A stretch of DNA of 64,000 bases from Chiloscyllium plagiosum (taxonomy: Eukaryota): the NCBI RefSeq assembly GCF_004010195.1, contig NC_057719.1, positions 27,773,458 to 27,837,457 of the forward strand, read 5' to 3'. Position 1 is the stretch's first letter; each line of letters opens with the position of its first letter. A program made the position numbers and the translations under genes. Shown here one piece after another: positions 12,291 to 26,304 of this stretch. The notes under the pieces were generated by a model. That model made no database searches, was not told the origin of the DNA, and worked only from the letters and a program-made list of their open reading frames with translations.

Positions 12291-13994
12291 ACAAAAAAGA
12301 AAAAAAAGAGAAAAAAAAATTTATACTGAACTTGAGGCAATGGTGGCCAAATTTCCAGATAACTTGAAATAGGAGGCATAAAAGAAATTCTGAGTGCCAA
12401 AAGAAATGGTGACATGTTTTTAATAAACACACATTTGCTGATATGGTAATATTCCAGTGTTTTTATTGCTTAACTCTCCAGCACTCCTATTGAAGAATAA
12501 CAAAAATAATCCTGGAGATATTAGAATATAATTGCTACTAGGTACCTACTCCAACTGGAGCCATCTAGACTTCAATTAACAATGGATGACTGTCATTTCA
12601 TATAAAATTGTGGAATTGGCAAAAGAAAAGATGGAATTCATTGTCAGCAAGCATGAGGCATGGATGAGTTGGAGCAAAGGGTCTGTTCCCATGCTGTACG
12701 ACTCTATGAATCTATATACTTTAGAACAACACAGAGAATTTCAAGGTTCAAATTCACAAGGTGTTAAGAACAACATCTTGCAAATAAGGTTACTTACTAA
12801 AAAAAATTGTTTAATGGCAAAAGAACCATAACTTATAAATTCCACAAAAATATTATTAACGTCACAGTTAAAGCAATTTTTAGGTTCCATAGCATAGGAA
12901 GGACACAGAGGCAATATAAAGAGTAAAGCACAGATTCCCTAGAATTCTACTTCATGTGGGAAAATTGAAATATGAAGAAAGATTTGAAAAATTGAGGCTG
13001 TTTTACTGGAACAGTGAAGATTAATAGATGATTTGATTACTGGTTTTAAAACTAATGTAAGGCTAAACAGAAGAAAAAAGCAGACTGTTCGACGGTCTGA
13101 TCAAAAGGTCTTAGATATAAGACTAAGTAAAAGATCTGGGATATAAGTTAGTCTAAAGGGTTTTGAGCCAATAGAACATATTACCAGAACTAATGAGAAG
13201 CAGAGACTGTCTCAACATTTAAGAATAATTAGCTAGACGTTCTTGGGACTCAAACAATTATATATTCAGCCATAGTAATTTAGAATTCAAATTGTGAAAC
13301 ATGAATCCTTTATTATTTCTACCTAGCAGACTCCCTCTGCTGATACATCTATATATGGTAGCCTAATAATGCAATTTTTGTACACTACAGATGGTTAAAG
13401 GAAGCAATGATAAAGTGACATTGAAATAAAGTGAGAACAAAGGATTAGGCCACCACTCATGTCGAGGACAAACACCAACGTAGACTGATTGGATGAAATA
13501 AGCAGTAACTATGTTGCAATTGTTCTATAATTTTCTGTTACATTTTTCTGTACTTTGATGATTGTTACTGAATGAATTGTACTTATTAAGAAACTGCTAA
13601 CACTGCTGCTACAACAAGTTACAAATTTAGTGTTGAGAGATGCTCAATAGAATCTGTTGCTCTCTATAAAGGCTTTGAGATCAGTACCAAAAGTGGCACT
13701 TATATTGATATTGATATAGCTTTTAAAACATTTGCATAGTGGTTTAATTCTAATAACCACACAAATATTTTTCAAATAGATGTAAGGTTATACAAAAGAA
13801 CAAGACAGAATGGTAGGTAGTGGTTATGTTACTGGACTAGCAATCGAGCAGCTTGGAATAATATTCCAGAGTTCTCAAGTTGTTCACAGCAACTAGTGAA
13901 CTTGAGTTTAATTAATGAAATACATCTGCAGTGGACATGCTAGTAACCATGTTAAGAATGTAACAATCAGATTGTAATTAAAAACCATCAAAAT

Positions 13995-15617
13995 GAGGAG
14001 CTGGGATACAGTCTTGACCAGTTGATGTACTGGAAATTTTGGAAAACATTAAGATTGATAAGTCCTCAGGGCCAGACCAGATTTGTTCTAGGCAGCTCTG
14101 GGAAGCGAGAAAGAAGGTTGCTAAGCCACTGGCGAGGATATTTGCCTCCTCACTCTCCACAGGAATAGGACTGGAGGATTGGAAGGAGGCGAATGTTGTT
14201 CCTCTTTTCAAGAAGGGTAATAGGGAAATCCCTGGCAATTACAGACCAGTCAGTCTTACATCTGTGGTCAGCAAAGATTTAGAAAGAATTCTGAGGGATA
14301 GGATTTATGACTATTTGGCAAAGCATAGTGTGATTAAAGGCAGTCAGCATGGCTTTGTGAGGGGCAGGTCATACCTCACAAATATTATGAGGTCTTTGAG
14401 GAGGTGACGAGACAGGTCGACAAAGGTCAAGCAGCGGATGTGGTGGATATGGACTTCAGCAAGGCATTTAATAAGGTTCCCCATGGTAGGCTCATTCATA
14501 AAGTCAGGAGTATGGGAGACAGGGAGATTTGGCTATCTGGATTCCGAATTGGCTGGCTGACAGAAGGCAGAGAGTGGTTGCAGATGGAAAGTATTCTGCC
14601 TGGAGGTCAGTGTTGAGTGGGGTCCCGCAGGGCTCTGTTCTTGAGCCTCTGCTCTTTGTAGTTTTTATAAATGACTTGGATGAGGCTGTTGAGGGGTGGA
14701 TTAGTAAATTTGTAGATGACACAAAGGTTGGAGGTGTCGTCAATAGTATAGAGGGCTATTGCAGGCTGCAGCGCGACATAGACAGGATGCAGAGCTGGGC
14801 TGAGAAATGGCAGATGGAGTTCAACCTGGATAAATGCAAAATGCTGCATTTTGGAAGGTCGAACTCAAATGCTAAATATAGGATTAAAGACAGGATTCTT
14901 GGCAGTGTGGAGGAACAGAGGGATCTGGTTGTGCAAGTACATAGATCCCTCAAAGTTGCCACCCAAGTGGATAGGGTTGTTAAGAAAGCATATGGAGTTT
15001 TGGCTTTCATTAACAGGGGGATTGAGTTTAAGAGCACGAGGTTTTGCTGCCCCTCTACAAAACCCTGGTGAGACCACATTTGGAATATTGTGTCCAGTTC
15101 TGGTTGCCCTACTATAGGAAAGATACAGAGGCTTTGGAGAGGGTGCAAAGAAGATTTACCAGGGTGCTGCCTGGACTAGAGGGCTTGCCTTATGAAGAAA
15201 GGTTGAATAAGCTCGCACTTTTCTCTCTGGAGAGAAGGAGGAAGAGAGGAGACCCGATCGAGGTATACAAAATAATGAGTAGCATAGATAGTCAATAGCC
15301 AGAGACTTTTCCCAGGGCGGGATTGACTGGTACAAGGAGTCATAGTTTGAAGATATTAGGAGGAAGGTATAAAGGAGACATCAGAGGTAAGTTCTTTACA
15401 CAGAGAGTTGTGAATGCATGGAATGCGTTGCCAGCTGAGGTGGTGGAAGCAGAGTCATTGGGAACATTTAAGTGATTGCTTGACATGCACATGGATAGCA
15501 GTGAGTTGAGGGGTGCGTAGGTTAAGTTACTATGTTTTACATTAAGATTAAATGTCAGCACAACATCGTGAGCCAAAGGGCCTGTTCCATGCTATACTTT
15601 TCTATGTTCTATGTTCT
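13995..15617 (+). mobile_element. CR1 LINE, 5'-truncated
   Basis: ORFs 14039-15298 with NYRPVSLTS, QHGF, GVPQGS, KFVDDTK and HLEYCVQFW, broken by frameshifts; (ttctatg)n tail. Confidence 0.95.
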
Positions 15618-15904
15618 AAATTCACTATGCTTATTAGCCTCATTTCCCATATCCCTTGACCTCCTTGGAATCCAAAACTCTGTCAAGTTCAGCCTTGAAT
15701 ATATGACCAAGTATCCTACACCCTCTCAGTAGTGAATTCTAGATTCTCCTGCCAGGGACAACCACATCTACCCTCTCAGAATCTTAAATATTTCAATGTG
15801 ATAATCATTCATTCTGCTGAACTCTTGAGAGATTTCTCCTAGTAGAACAATTCGTTCATTCCAGGAATCAATCTAATGAATCCTTCATTGGACTTTCTCT
15901 GATT

Positions 15905-16230
15905 CATAGAATGATAGAACCCCTCAGTATGAAAAGTGGCTATTTGGCCCATTGAATCTGCACCCAACCTCCAAAGAGCATCCCACCCAGACTCAGCCCC
16001 CTATCCTTCTAACTCCTGCATTTGCCACCTAGCCTGCACCATCCCTAGACTCTGCAGACAATTTAGCACGGCCAATCCACCCAACCTGCGCATCCTTGGT
16101 CTTTGAGAGGAAACTGGACCACCCTGAGGAAACCCACGTAGACACTGAGAGAACGTGCAAACTCCGAACAGAGAGTCACGTCCCTCATGCTGTGAGACAA
16201 TAGTGTTAACCATTGAACCACTGTGCCAGC
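15905..16230 (-). mobile_element. HE1-type V-SINE, diverged
   Basis: V-domain and tRNA-like head on the minus strand. Confidence 0.8.
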
Positions 16231-17327
16231 CCAATCTTACCTTAGGAACAGTGGCCAAAGTATCTCAATATTTCATACGTGATTTTATTTGTACAATTGA
16301 TCAAGACATTAATACTGTACAACTTGATAAACGATTCAGGAAATTGGGCAAAGCGGTCATTTATTTTCATGCATGGACAAGGAGAGCTAGTCCTATCATG
16401 GTCAAGTTTGAAAACATTCTGCTTGGGTTATAGACACCTATATAAAATAATACAACATACGTATTACAAATCCCACAAGTCTTTGTCCAGGTGCACTGTC
16501 TTGCCACAGTTTTCACAGGCACTGTCTGTATTTTCAGTGCTATCTTGCTGATATTGCTGTTCCTGTGGTACATTTAGAGTTTCCATTTGGTTTTCAGATT
16601 GAAAACTTTACTCTGAACTAACTGAAACTGATTCAATTCCTTCACTACTTTCTTGATCACTTACTTAAATATATGTTTATATATCTAATTTGCAGAATTA
16701 CAGTCTACTCCTCACAGATGACTTTACAGCTTAATTTTATATCATCAGAAAATGTGCAAGCATTACACCTTGTTTACTCACTTAGCTAATTAATACAGAT
16801 TATAAATGCTGAGGGTGAAGTACTGACCCTTGTGACCTTGACTAGCAACAGCCTGCTATGATCTTCTTACCCATGCTCTCTGTTTTCTAGCCCGAACCCA
16901 AGCTCTATCCCTATTAGTTTATTACTGTCAATCCCATGAACCCTTGCAATGCACAGCAACAATTCAAGTATAACTTTACTGAATGCATTAGTTCCTCTTT
17001 ATCTACCCAAATTATTTCCTGAAATACTCCAGCAGATTTGCAAAAAACAATGTTTTTCTTCGTAAGATAATGTGATTTTGCCCAGATATAGTCTGAATTT
17101 CTCAGTATACTCTAATTGCTTCCCTCATCATTACCTTCCAACCCACTGAGATTGTTCCAAACTCTAAGGAATTTTGGAAGATTACAAACAGTACATCAAT
17201 CACCTCAGAAATGCAAAACACAATCAAGTTTTTAAAGTTTAATTAATACGAGTAGTTGCGCAGGTAAAAGATACAAGACAAATGTAAAGCATTAACTAAC
17301 CTTGAGAGCATGTTACTTGCAATTTTA

Positions 17328-17646
17328 GATTAGATTAGATTCCCTACAGTGTGGAAATAGGCCTTTCGGCCCAACAAGTCCACACCGACCCTCCGAAGAG
17401 CAATCCACCCAGACCCATTTTCCCTCTGACTAATGCACCTAACACTATGGGAAATTTAGCATGGCCTATTCACCTAACCTGCACATCTTTGGATTGTGGG
17501 AGGAAACATGAGCACCCAGAGGGAACCCACGCAGACACAGGGAGAATGTGCAAACTCCACACAGACAGTCGCCCGAGGCTGGAATCGAACCTGGGTCCTT
17601 GTGCTGTGAGGCAGCAGTGCCAACCACTATGCCACCGTACTGCCCC
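17328..17646 (-). mobile_element. HE1-type V-SINE
   Basis: Full head, V-domain and tail ending in (agatt)n. Confidence 0.92.
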
Positions 17647-18289
17647 AAGAAAGGCAGGCTGGTCCGAGTAAATTGTTAAGTTAACAACTGTGACACCTCT
17701 GTTCAAGAAAATATTTTCTGGGCACATTGTTAAGATTTCTTAATAATAGATCCAAGCATTTTCCTGACAATTGATTCAAGGCTAACTTGACCTGAAGTTC
17801 CCTGTGTTTTCTCTCCTTTCTTAAATAGTGGTGTCATATTTGTTAACTTTCTATCTGCAGAGACCATTCCAGAATCTAGGGAATTTGGAAAATCATAACA
17901 AGAGCATACATTGTTTCTGCAGCAATCTTATTAACATCCTAAAATATATGTCATCAGGAATCTGTTGGATTTTAGTTCTTTAAGCTTCTCCTGTACTTTT
18001 TCCTTGATGATGTTAACTGTGTCAATATTTTTATCACTTACCCTAAGCTTAATTTCTTCTATACAACTTATGTCTCCTTTTTTGTAGACAGATCATTGAA
18101 TCCTATCATAGAATCTTTACAACGTGCAAACAGGCCACTTGACCTGGGAAAGGAGGGACTTTTATATTTCCCTCCAGCTATATAAATGAGTGTTTTCTAA
18201 ACCTGAGACCTTACCTTGGTAGGGCCTCCCACCCAACCACCTCCTCTAACCTTAAACACCAGGTTCTCTTTTTTTTAACATTCTGATTA

Positions 18290-21200
18290 GGGGACTAGCA
18301 GGGACGGCAGTGCAGGGAGAGGAATGTTCCTCCTGCATGATGTTTGAGGAGAGGGACGCCATTAGTGTCCCATCCAAGTACACCTGCAGGAAGTGCATCC
18401 AACTCTCGCTCCTCTAAGACCGTGTTAGGGAACTGGAGCGGGAGCTGGATGAACTTCGGATCATTTGGGAGGCAGAGGCTGGGATAGATAAGAGTTACAG
18501 GGAAGCAGTTACTCCTAGACACAAAGAAAGCTGGGTAACTGTTAGAAGGGGGGAAAAACACAGTCAGTGCAGGGATCCCCTGTGGTCGTTGCCCTGAAAA
18601 ACAAATATACCGTTTTGGATACTGTTGGGAAGGATGACTTACCAGGAGTATGCAATGGGGTGCAGGTATCTGGCACAGTCTGTCCCTGTTGCACAGAAGA
18701 GAAGGAAGGTAAGGAGGAGAGTGTTAGTCATTGGAGACTCAATAGTTAGAGGGTCAGATGGAAGGTTTGTTGGGAACAAACAAGACTCACGGTTGGTGTG
18801 TTGCCTCCCAGATGCCAGGGTCCACGATGTCTCAGATCGTGTCTTTGGAGTCCTGAAGGGAGAGGGTGACCAGCCCCAAGTCGTGGCCCATGTAGGTACC
18901 AACGACACAGGTAGAAAGAGGGATAGGGATGTAAGGCAGGATTTCAGGGAGCTAGGGTGGAAGCTGAGAGCTAAAACAAACAGAGTTGTTATCTCTAGTT
19001 TGTTACCCGTGCTACGTGATAGCGAGGCAAGGAGTAGGGAGAGATATCAGCTGGTAGCTCCAGGGATGGTGCAGGAGGGAGGGTTTCAGGTACTTGGATA
19101 ATAGGGGGCTCATTCTGGGGAAGGTGGGACTTCTACAAATGAAGGTCTTCACTTGAACCAGAGGGGTACTAATATCCTGGGTGGGAAATTTGCTGGTGCT
19201 ATTCAGGTGGGTTTAAACTAGCTCAACAGGGGGATAGGAACCTATGGTGTAGTTCCAGTGCACAGGAGGATGAGAGTAGAGAAGACATGGACAGGATTTC
19301 ACAGTCACAGGAGTGTGCTGGCAGACAGCAAGCTGGTTTGAAGTGTGTCAAATTCAATGCCAGAATTATCCGGAATAAGGTAGGTGAGCTTACAGCATGG
19401 ATAGGTACCTGGGACTTCGATGTTGTGGCCATTTCAGAGACATGGATAGAGCAGGGTGAGGAATGGATGTTGCAGGTTCCAGGGTTTAGATCTTTTATTA
19501 AGAACAGGGAAAGCGGTAAAAGAGGGGGAGTTGTGGCCTTGTTAGTCAAGGACAGTATAACGGTGACTGAAAGAACTTTTGACGAGGACTCGTCTACTGA
19601 GGTAGTGTGGGCTAAGGTTAGAAACAGGAGAGGAGAGGTCACAGAGCTGGGGGTTTTTGAATAAGCCTTCGCAGAGTTCCAGGGATGTGGAGGAGAGGAT
19701 CGGCAAAACCAATCTGGGTAGGAGTGAAAGGAACAGGGTGGTCATTATGGGGGACTTTAACTTCCCCAACATTGATTGGAAATGCTATAACTCTAGTACA
19801 GCAGATGGATCAGTTTTTGTCCAATGTGTACAGGAGGGTTTCCTGACACAGTATGTTGAAGGGCCAACAAGAGGGGAGGCCACACTGGATCTGGTACTTG
19901 GTAATGAATCAGGTGAGCAATTTGGAGAGAGTGACCATAATTCAGTTATGTTTAGCTTAGTGATGGAAAGGGATATGTACATGCCGCAGGGCAAGAGTTA
20001 TCGATCGGGCAAGGGCAATTATAATGCGATTAGGCAAGAATTAGGATGCATAGAATGAGATAGCAAAATGCAGGGATGGGGACAATCAAAATGTGGAGCT
20101 GGTTTAAGGAACAGATATTGCGTGTCCTTGATAGGTATGACCCTGTCAGGCAGGAAGGAAATGGTAAGGTAAGGGAACAGTGGTTTACTACATAAATTGT
20201 ATCTCTTGTTAAGCAGAAGAAGGAGGCTTATGTGACCATGAGACAAGATAGTTCAGATGAGGCGATGGAGAGTTACAGATCAGCTAGGAAGGATTTAAAG
20301 AGAGAGTTAAGAAGAGCAAAGAGAGAACATGAGCATTCGTTAGCAAATAGAATAAACAAGAACCCTAAAGTTTTCTATAGGTGTGTGAGGAATAAAAGGA
20401 TGATTAGGGCAGGAATAGGGCCAGTCAAAGATAGAAGTGGGAAGTTGTGTGTGGACCCTGTGGAGATCGGAGAGGTGCTAAACGAACATTTCTCATCAGT
20501 TTTCACTCAGGAAAAGGAGAACATTGTAGAGGAGAAGAATGAGATATGAGATATTAGAATAGAAAGGATCGAGGTTAATAAAGAAGAGGTGTTATCATTT
20601 CTAGAAGGAGTAAAAGTAGACAAGTCCCCTGGGCTGGATGGGATTTATCCAAGGATTCTCTGGGAAGCTAGGGAGGAGGTGTTGGAGACTTTGGCTTTGG
20701 TCTTTGAGTTGTCAATGTCTACAGGTTTAGTACCAGAGGAGTGGAGGATTGCAAATGTTCAAAAAGGGCAGTAGAGATGACCCAGGTACTTATAGACCAG
20801 TGAGCCTTACATCTGTTTAGGAAAAGTTTTGGAAAGGATTATAAGAGATAAGATTTATAATCACTTAGCAAGCAACAATTTGATTTCAGATAGTCAACAT
20901 GGTCTCGTCGAAGACAGGTCATATCTCACAAACCTCACTGAGTTTTTTGAGAAGGTAACCTAACATGTGGATGAAGTTGACGTGATGCATATGGACTTCA
21001 ATAAAGTCTTTGATAAGGTTCCACATGGTAGGCTGTTGGAGAAAATGCAGAGGCATGGGATTGAGGTTGATATAGCAGTTTGGATTAGAAACTGCTTTCG
21101 GTAAAAAAGCAGTGAGTGCTGGTTGTTGGAAAATGTTCAGCCTGGAGTCCAGTTACTAGTGATGTGCCACAAGGATCTGTTTTGGGCCACTGCTGTATGT

Positions 21201-22135
21201 CATTTTTATAAATAACTTGGATGCAGGCATAGGTGGATGGGTTGGTAAGTTTGCAGATGACACTAAAGTCGGTGGAGTAGTGGATAGTGTGGAAGAGTGT
21301 TACAGGTTGCAGGGGAACTTGGATAAACTGCAGAATTGGGCTGAGAGGTGGCAAATGGAGTTCAATGCAGATAAATGTGAGGTGATTCACTTTGGGAAGA
21401 ATAACAGGAAGGCAGAATATTGGGTCAATGGAAAGATTCTTGATAGTGTGGATGTGCAGAAGGATCTTGGAGTCCATGTACATAGATCTCTGAAAGTTGC
21501 CACCCAAGTGGATAGTGCTGTTAAGGCAGCATACGGTGTGTTAGGTTTTATTGGCAGAGAGATTGAGTTCCAGAGCCGTATGTCATGCTGCAACTGTATA
21601 AAATGCTAGTGCGGCCTCACTTGGAATATTGTGTACAATTCTGGTCACCCCATTACAGGAAGGATGTGGAAGCATTGGAAAAGGTGCAGAGGAGATTTAC
21701 CAGGATATTGCCTGGTCTGGATGGAAGCTGTTATGAGGAAAGGCTGAGGGACTTGGGTTTGTTCTCATTTGAAAGAAAAAGGCTAAGAGGGGATTTGATA
21801 GAGACAGACAAGATGATCAGAGAATTAGATAGTGAAACAGTGAAAGTCTTTTTCCTAGGATGATAACGTCAGCTACAAACTGAGGGGTGATATATTTTAA
21901 GATAGATACCAGAGGCAGGTTGTTTACTCAGAGAGTGGTAAGGGCATGGAATGGCCTGCCTGCCAATGTAGTTAACTCAGTCACATTAGGGAGATTTAAA
22001 CAATCCTTGGATAAGCACATGGATGGTGTTGGGATAGTGTAGGGAGATGGGCTTAGATTAGTTCACAGGTCGGCACAACATTAAGTGCCAAAGGGCCTGT
22101 TCTGCGCTGTATTGTTTTGTGTTCTTTGTTCTATG
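18290..22135 (+). mobile_element. Near full-length but inactivated CR1 LINE (ORF1 zinc finger + SGNH esterase; ORF2 APE endonuclease + RT)
   Basis: ORF1 has CSSC/CRKC, VLVIGDSIVRG and VAHVGTND. ORF2 has NARIIRNK, VAISETW, GDFNFP, SDHNS, KFADDTK and [11 protein letters not shown]. Many stops and frameshifts. Confidence 0.95.
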
Positions 22136-22139
22136 TGCT

Positions 22140-22815
22140 AAACACGTGTTTTCTCTCAGACACACACACCCACACTCACCCGCACACCCTCTCACAGGTA
22201 TATACTCCATCGCACTTGCACATACACTTTATCAAGCACACACCCACGCACGCACATACATACACACACTCTCTGACTCCCTCACATGCACACACACACA
22301 TATAAGTCTATGGGGTGAATTGCGTTTGCACATTTGTATTTTCAGATACATTCTATTCTGTTCAAAAAGCACACAATCCGTAGGCAGTCAGTCCTTGTGA
22401 CATTTTATCAATTCATACTTTGGAAGTGGAACCAGTCTGATTCAAAGTTGGGATACAGACAGACTCTATCCTTACACCTTTAATGCATTGTTTGAGATGA
22501 GATGTCACCTTGCTTTTTATAAAACCTTCAGTGTTGTGACTTGAAAGAACTTCTGGGATTTACATATTAATGAATTGAGACCTGCAAATGCATTCTAAGT
22601 GATCAATCTAGCTTTGTTCAATACATTGCATCAGTTATATGACACTTTGATCTTTTACTATAAATTCTGTTCCCACGATCCTGCCCCACTGGTTAATTGA
22701 CGAAGGAGCAGCGCTCTGAAAGCTTGTATTTCCAAATAAACCATTGGACTATAATCTCATGTTGTGTGATTCTTAACTTAGTCCACCCCAGTGCAAAACT
22801 GGCACCTCCACATCA
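22140..22815 (+). mobile_element. Penelope-like element terminal remnant with decayed hammerhead
   Basis: CA-rich tract, then family sequence with TTGACGA-AGGAGC-AGC-GCTCT-GAAA-GCTT at ~22697-22725, ending in ctggcacctccacatcat. Confidence 0.7.
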
Positions 22816-23139
22816 TTCTCTGTATGGACCTTAGTCACTGATTCACTGCAAAACTATCTGTCCCTTCTGGTTCCATTCTACTTGTTTTTACTCATATCGT
22901 CTGTTCTGTTGCCTTGACATTTAGTTTCAGATTTGTAAATATCTTTTCACCCAAACATTGCTTCGCCTCTGTTAGTTTAATTCTCGAAGCACAGCACTAG
23001 TTATACAACTGCCTGCAATGGCATCCCAACCTTGTTTAATTTGGAGCACATTCTAACTTAAGAATTTTTTTTCCCTGAGTACTAGTGCTAGTCCCACATG
23101 AGTCAAAACCCTCTTTCTATCTGTTTAATAAACTAGATC

Positions 23140-25320
23140 TGTCTACTAGATTAGACGGGATTGAGGTTCATAAGAAGGAGGTGTTAGTGATTCTGGGAAG
23201 TGTGAAAATAGATAAGTCCGCGGGGCCGGATTGGATTTATCCTATGATTCTCTGGGAAGGCAGTGAGGAGATTGCAGAGCCTTTGGCTTTGATCTTTATG
23301 TCATCATTGTCAACAGGAGTAGTGCCAGGAGACTGGAAGATAGCAAATGTTGTTCCCTTGTTCAAGAAGAGGAGTAGAGACAACCCTGGTAATGAGAGAC
23401 CATGAGCCTTAGTTCAGTTATGGGTAAAGTCTTGGAAAAGGTTATAAGAAATAGGATTTATAATCATCGAGAAAGGAATAAGTTGATTATGGGTAGTCAA
23501 CATGGTTTTGTGAAGAGTAGGTCGTGCCTCGCAAACCTAATTGAGTTTTTTTGAGATGGTGACCAAACAAGCGGTTGATATTGTGTATATGGACTTCAGC
23601 AAGACATTTGATAAGGTTCCCCACAGTAGGCAATTGCACAGGAAGCATGGGGTTGAGGGTGACTTTGCAGTTTGGATCAGAAATTAGCTAGCTGAAAGAA
23701 GACAGAGGGTGATGCTTGATGGGAAATGTTCATCCTGGAGTTCAGTTACTAGTGGTGTACTACAATGATCTGTTTAAGGGCCACTGCTGTTCGTGATTTT
23801 TATAAATGACCTAGATGAGGGCATAGAAAGATGGGTTAGTAAATTTGAAGATGACACAAAAGTCGGTGGAGTTGTGGATAGTGCTGAAGAATGTTACAGA
23901 GGGACATAGATAAGGTACAGAGCTGGGCTGAGAGGTTCTAAATGGAATTTAATGCAGGAAAATGTGAGGTGATTCACTTTGGAAGGAGCAACAGGAATGA
24001 AGAGTACTGGGCTAATGGTAAGATTCTTGGTAATGTAGATAAGCAGAGAGATCTCGGCATCCATGCGCAGAGATCCCTGTAAATTGCCACTCAGGTTGAT
24101 AGGGTTTTTTTTTAGATGATTCCTTACAATGTGGAAACAGGCCTTTCGGCCCAACAATCCACACCGACCCTCCGAAGAGTAACCCAACCAGACCTATTCC
24201 CCTCTAACTAACATGGCCAATTCACCTGGCCTGCACATCTTTGGATTGTAGGAGGAAACCGGAGCACCCGGAGGAAACCCACACAGACACGGGGAGAATG
24301 TGCAAACTCCACACAGACAGTCGCTCAAGGCTGGAATCGAACCTGGGACCCTGATGCTGTGAGGCAGCAGTGCTAACCACTGAGCCACCGTGCCGCCCTA
24401 TTACTTACAATAGTGGAAACAGGCCCTTCGGCCCAACAAGTCCACACCGTCCTTCCAAAGAGCAACCTACCCAAACCCATTCCCCTACATTTACCCTTTA
24501 CCTAACACTATGGGCAATTTTGCATGGCCAATTCACCTATCCTGCACATTTTTGGACTGTGGGAGGAAACTGGAGCTCCCGGAGGAAATCCACACAGACA
24601 CAGGGAGAATGTGCAAACTCCACACACACAGTTGCCTGAGGCTGGAATTGAACCTGGGTCTCTGGCACTGTGAGGCAGCAGTGCTAACCACTGTGCCACC
24701 GCTTGTTAAGAAGACATACGGTAAGTTAGCTTTTATTGATAGAAGGATTGAGTTTCAGAGCCAAGAGGTCATGCTGCAGCTGTACAAAACTCTGGTGCGG
24801 CACTTGGAGTATTGCATACAGTTCTGGTCACCACATAATCAGAAGGATACAGAAGCTTTGGAAAGGATTCAGAGGAGATTTATGAGGATGTTGCCTGGTA
24901 TGGGGGGAAGGTCTTATGAGGAAAGGCTGAGGGACTTGAGACTGTGTTAGAGAGAAGAAGGTTGAGAGGTGACTTAATTGAGACATATGAGATAATCAGA
25001 GGGTTAGTTAGGATGGACAGTGAGTGCCTTTTTCCTCAGATGATGATGGTCAGCATGAGTGGACATAGCTTTAAATTGAGGGTTGATTGATATAGGACAG
25101 GTGTCAGAGGAAGTTTCTTTACTCAGAGAGTAGTAGGGACATGGAATGGCCTGCCTGCAATGGTAGTAGACCCACCAACTTTAAGGGCATTTAAATGGTC
25201 ATTGGATAAAATATGGATGAAAATGGAATAGTGTAGGATAGATTGGCTTCAGATTGGTTCCACAGGTCAGTGCAACATTGTGGGCTGAAGGGCCTGCGCT
25301 GCACTGTGATATTCTATGTT
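23140..25320 (+). mobile_element. CR1 LINE, 5'-truncated, with two nested SINEs
   Basis: KSAGPDWIYP, IANVVPLFKK, RT motifs and LYKTLVRHLEYC; tail at ~25300. Confidence 0.92.
24112..24700 (-). mobile_element. Two head-to-tail HE1-type V-SINEs
   Basis: Two complete SINE units (~24112-24397 and ~24400-24700) interrupt the CR1 sequence gttgataggg|ttgttaagaag. Confidence 0.92.
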
Positions 25321-26304
25321 AATTCTCTAACCTAGTTGACCCACATACTAACTGGCAATGCCTCAAGCAACAATCCAGCAAAGTTCTGTGATTCAGTTTG
25401 GACCCTAACTTGTCAAACTATCTCAGGAGAACAGAACTGTCATTGGATGCATTTGTCCCCACTGCTCTGGGTAACAGATCTCACTCTCATTGAATTTTAG
25501 AAGCAATATAGCAACAAATATGTTGCAGAGAACAGGCATTGGCTTGCAGCTGAATTGCTGCCAATAGTGCCTCTGAATTCATGATCCCCTCCCACAAAAT
25601 AAGAACTCAGTTTGGGAAACCATGCTCTTCACAGAGCAAGCCCCTCCTACAGGCAGGAGGTTGGGAAGCTTCAGAAAAGATCTAATCTAAATTCATTTCT
25701 CCATGCTGTTTGAAGTTTGCAGCAGAAATACAATCAACCAATATTGGAATTTTCAAAATGCCTTAAATCCAGATCTCCAGCAAGCAGCAGAGGTGAGTGG
25801 CCACAGCAATCCAAACCGTCGAAGTGAAATCAGCTCGCAGTTCCACGATTCAACACTATCCAGGAATTCAGGACAATGAGTGAATGTAAGTTGTCAAAAC
25901 CAGCATCTGTCAAAGCTTACATAAATCAGTGCCTTCAGGATGGAAGGAAAATAATTACTCAAAAATACAATACATAAATGCATTTTCTTTTTTAGAAAGA
26001 ATTCCTTCCCTAAGGACATTGTGTGTCAACATGCAGCATGTGGATTGCAGCAATTCAAGAAAGTGCTCACCATCACCTTCTCAAGAGCAACTAGAGACAG
26101 GCAATAACCTCCACGTCCCACGAGTGAATAAAAGAAAATTGCATTTATATTGGATCCTTAATATAATCAACTACCCAGGGTTGCTAAATATTCAGGGGAT
26201 AACACAAGAATATAAACACAAATTAAGAGAAGAGATTTGGAAAAAATATTAAGCACTTAATAGTAAAGATGTAAGGCTGAGAGCTTTAGGGAGGGAGATC
26301 TAGA

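Noticed and set aside
18625..19101. Standalone SGNH esterase gene or domesticated ORF
   Set aside because: It is CR1 ORF1 within a disrupted LINE.
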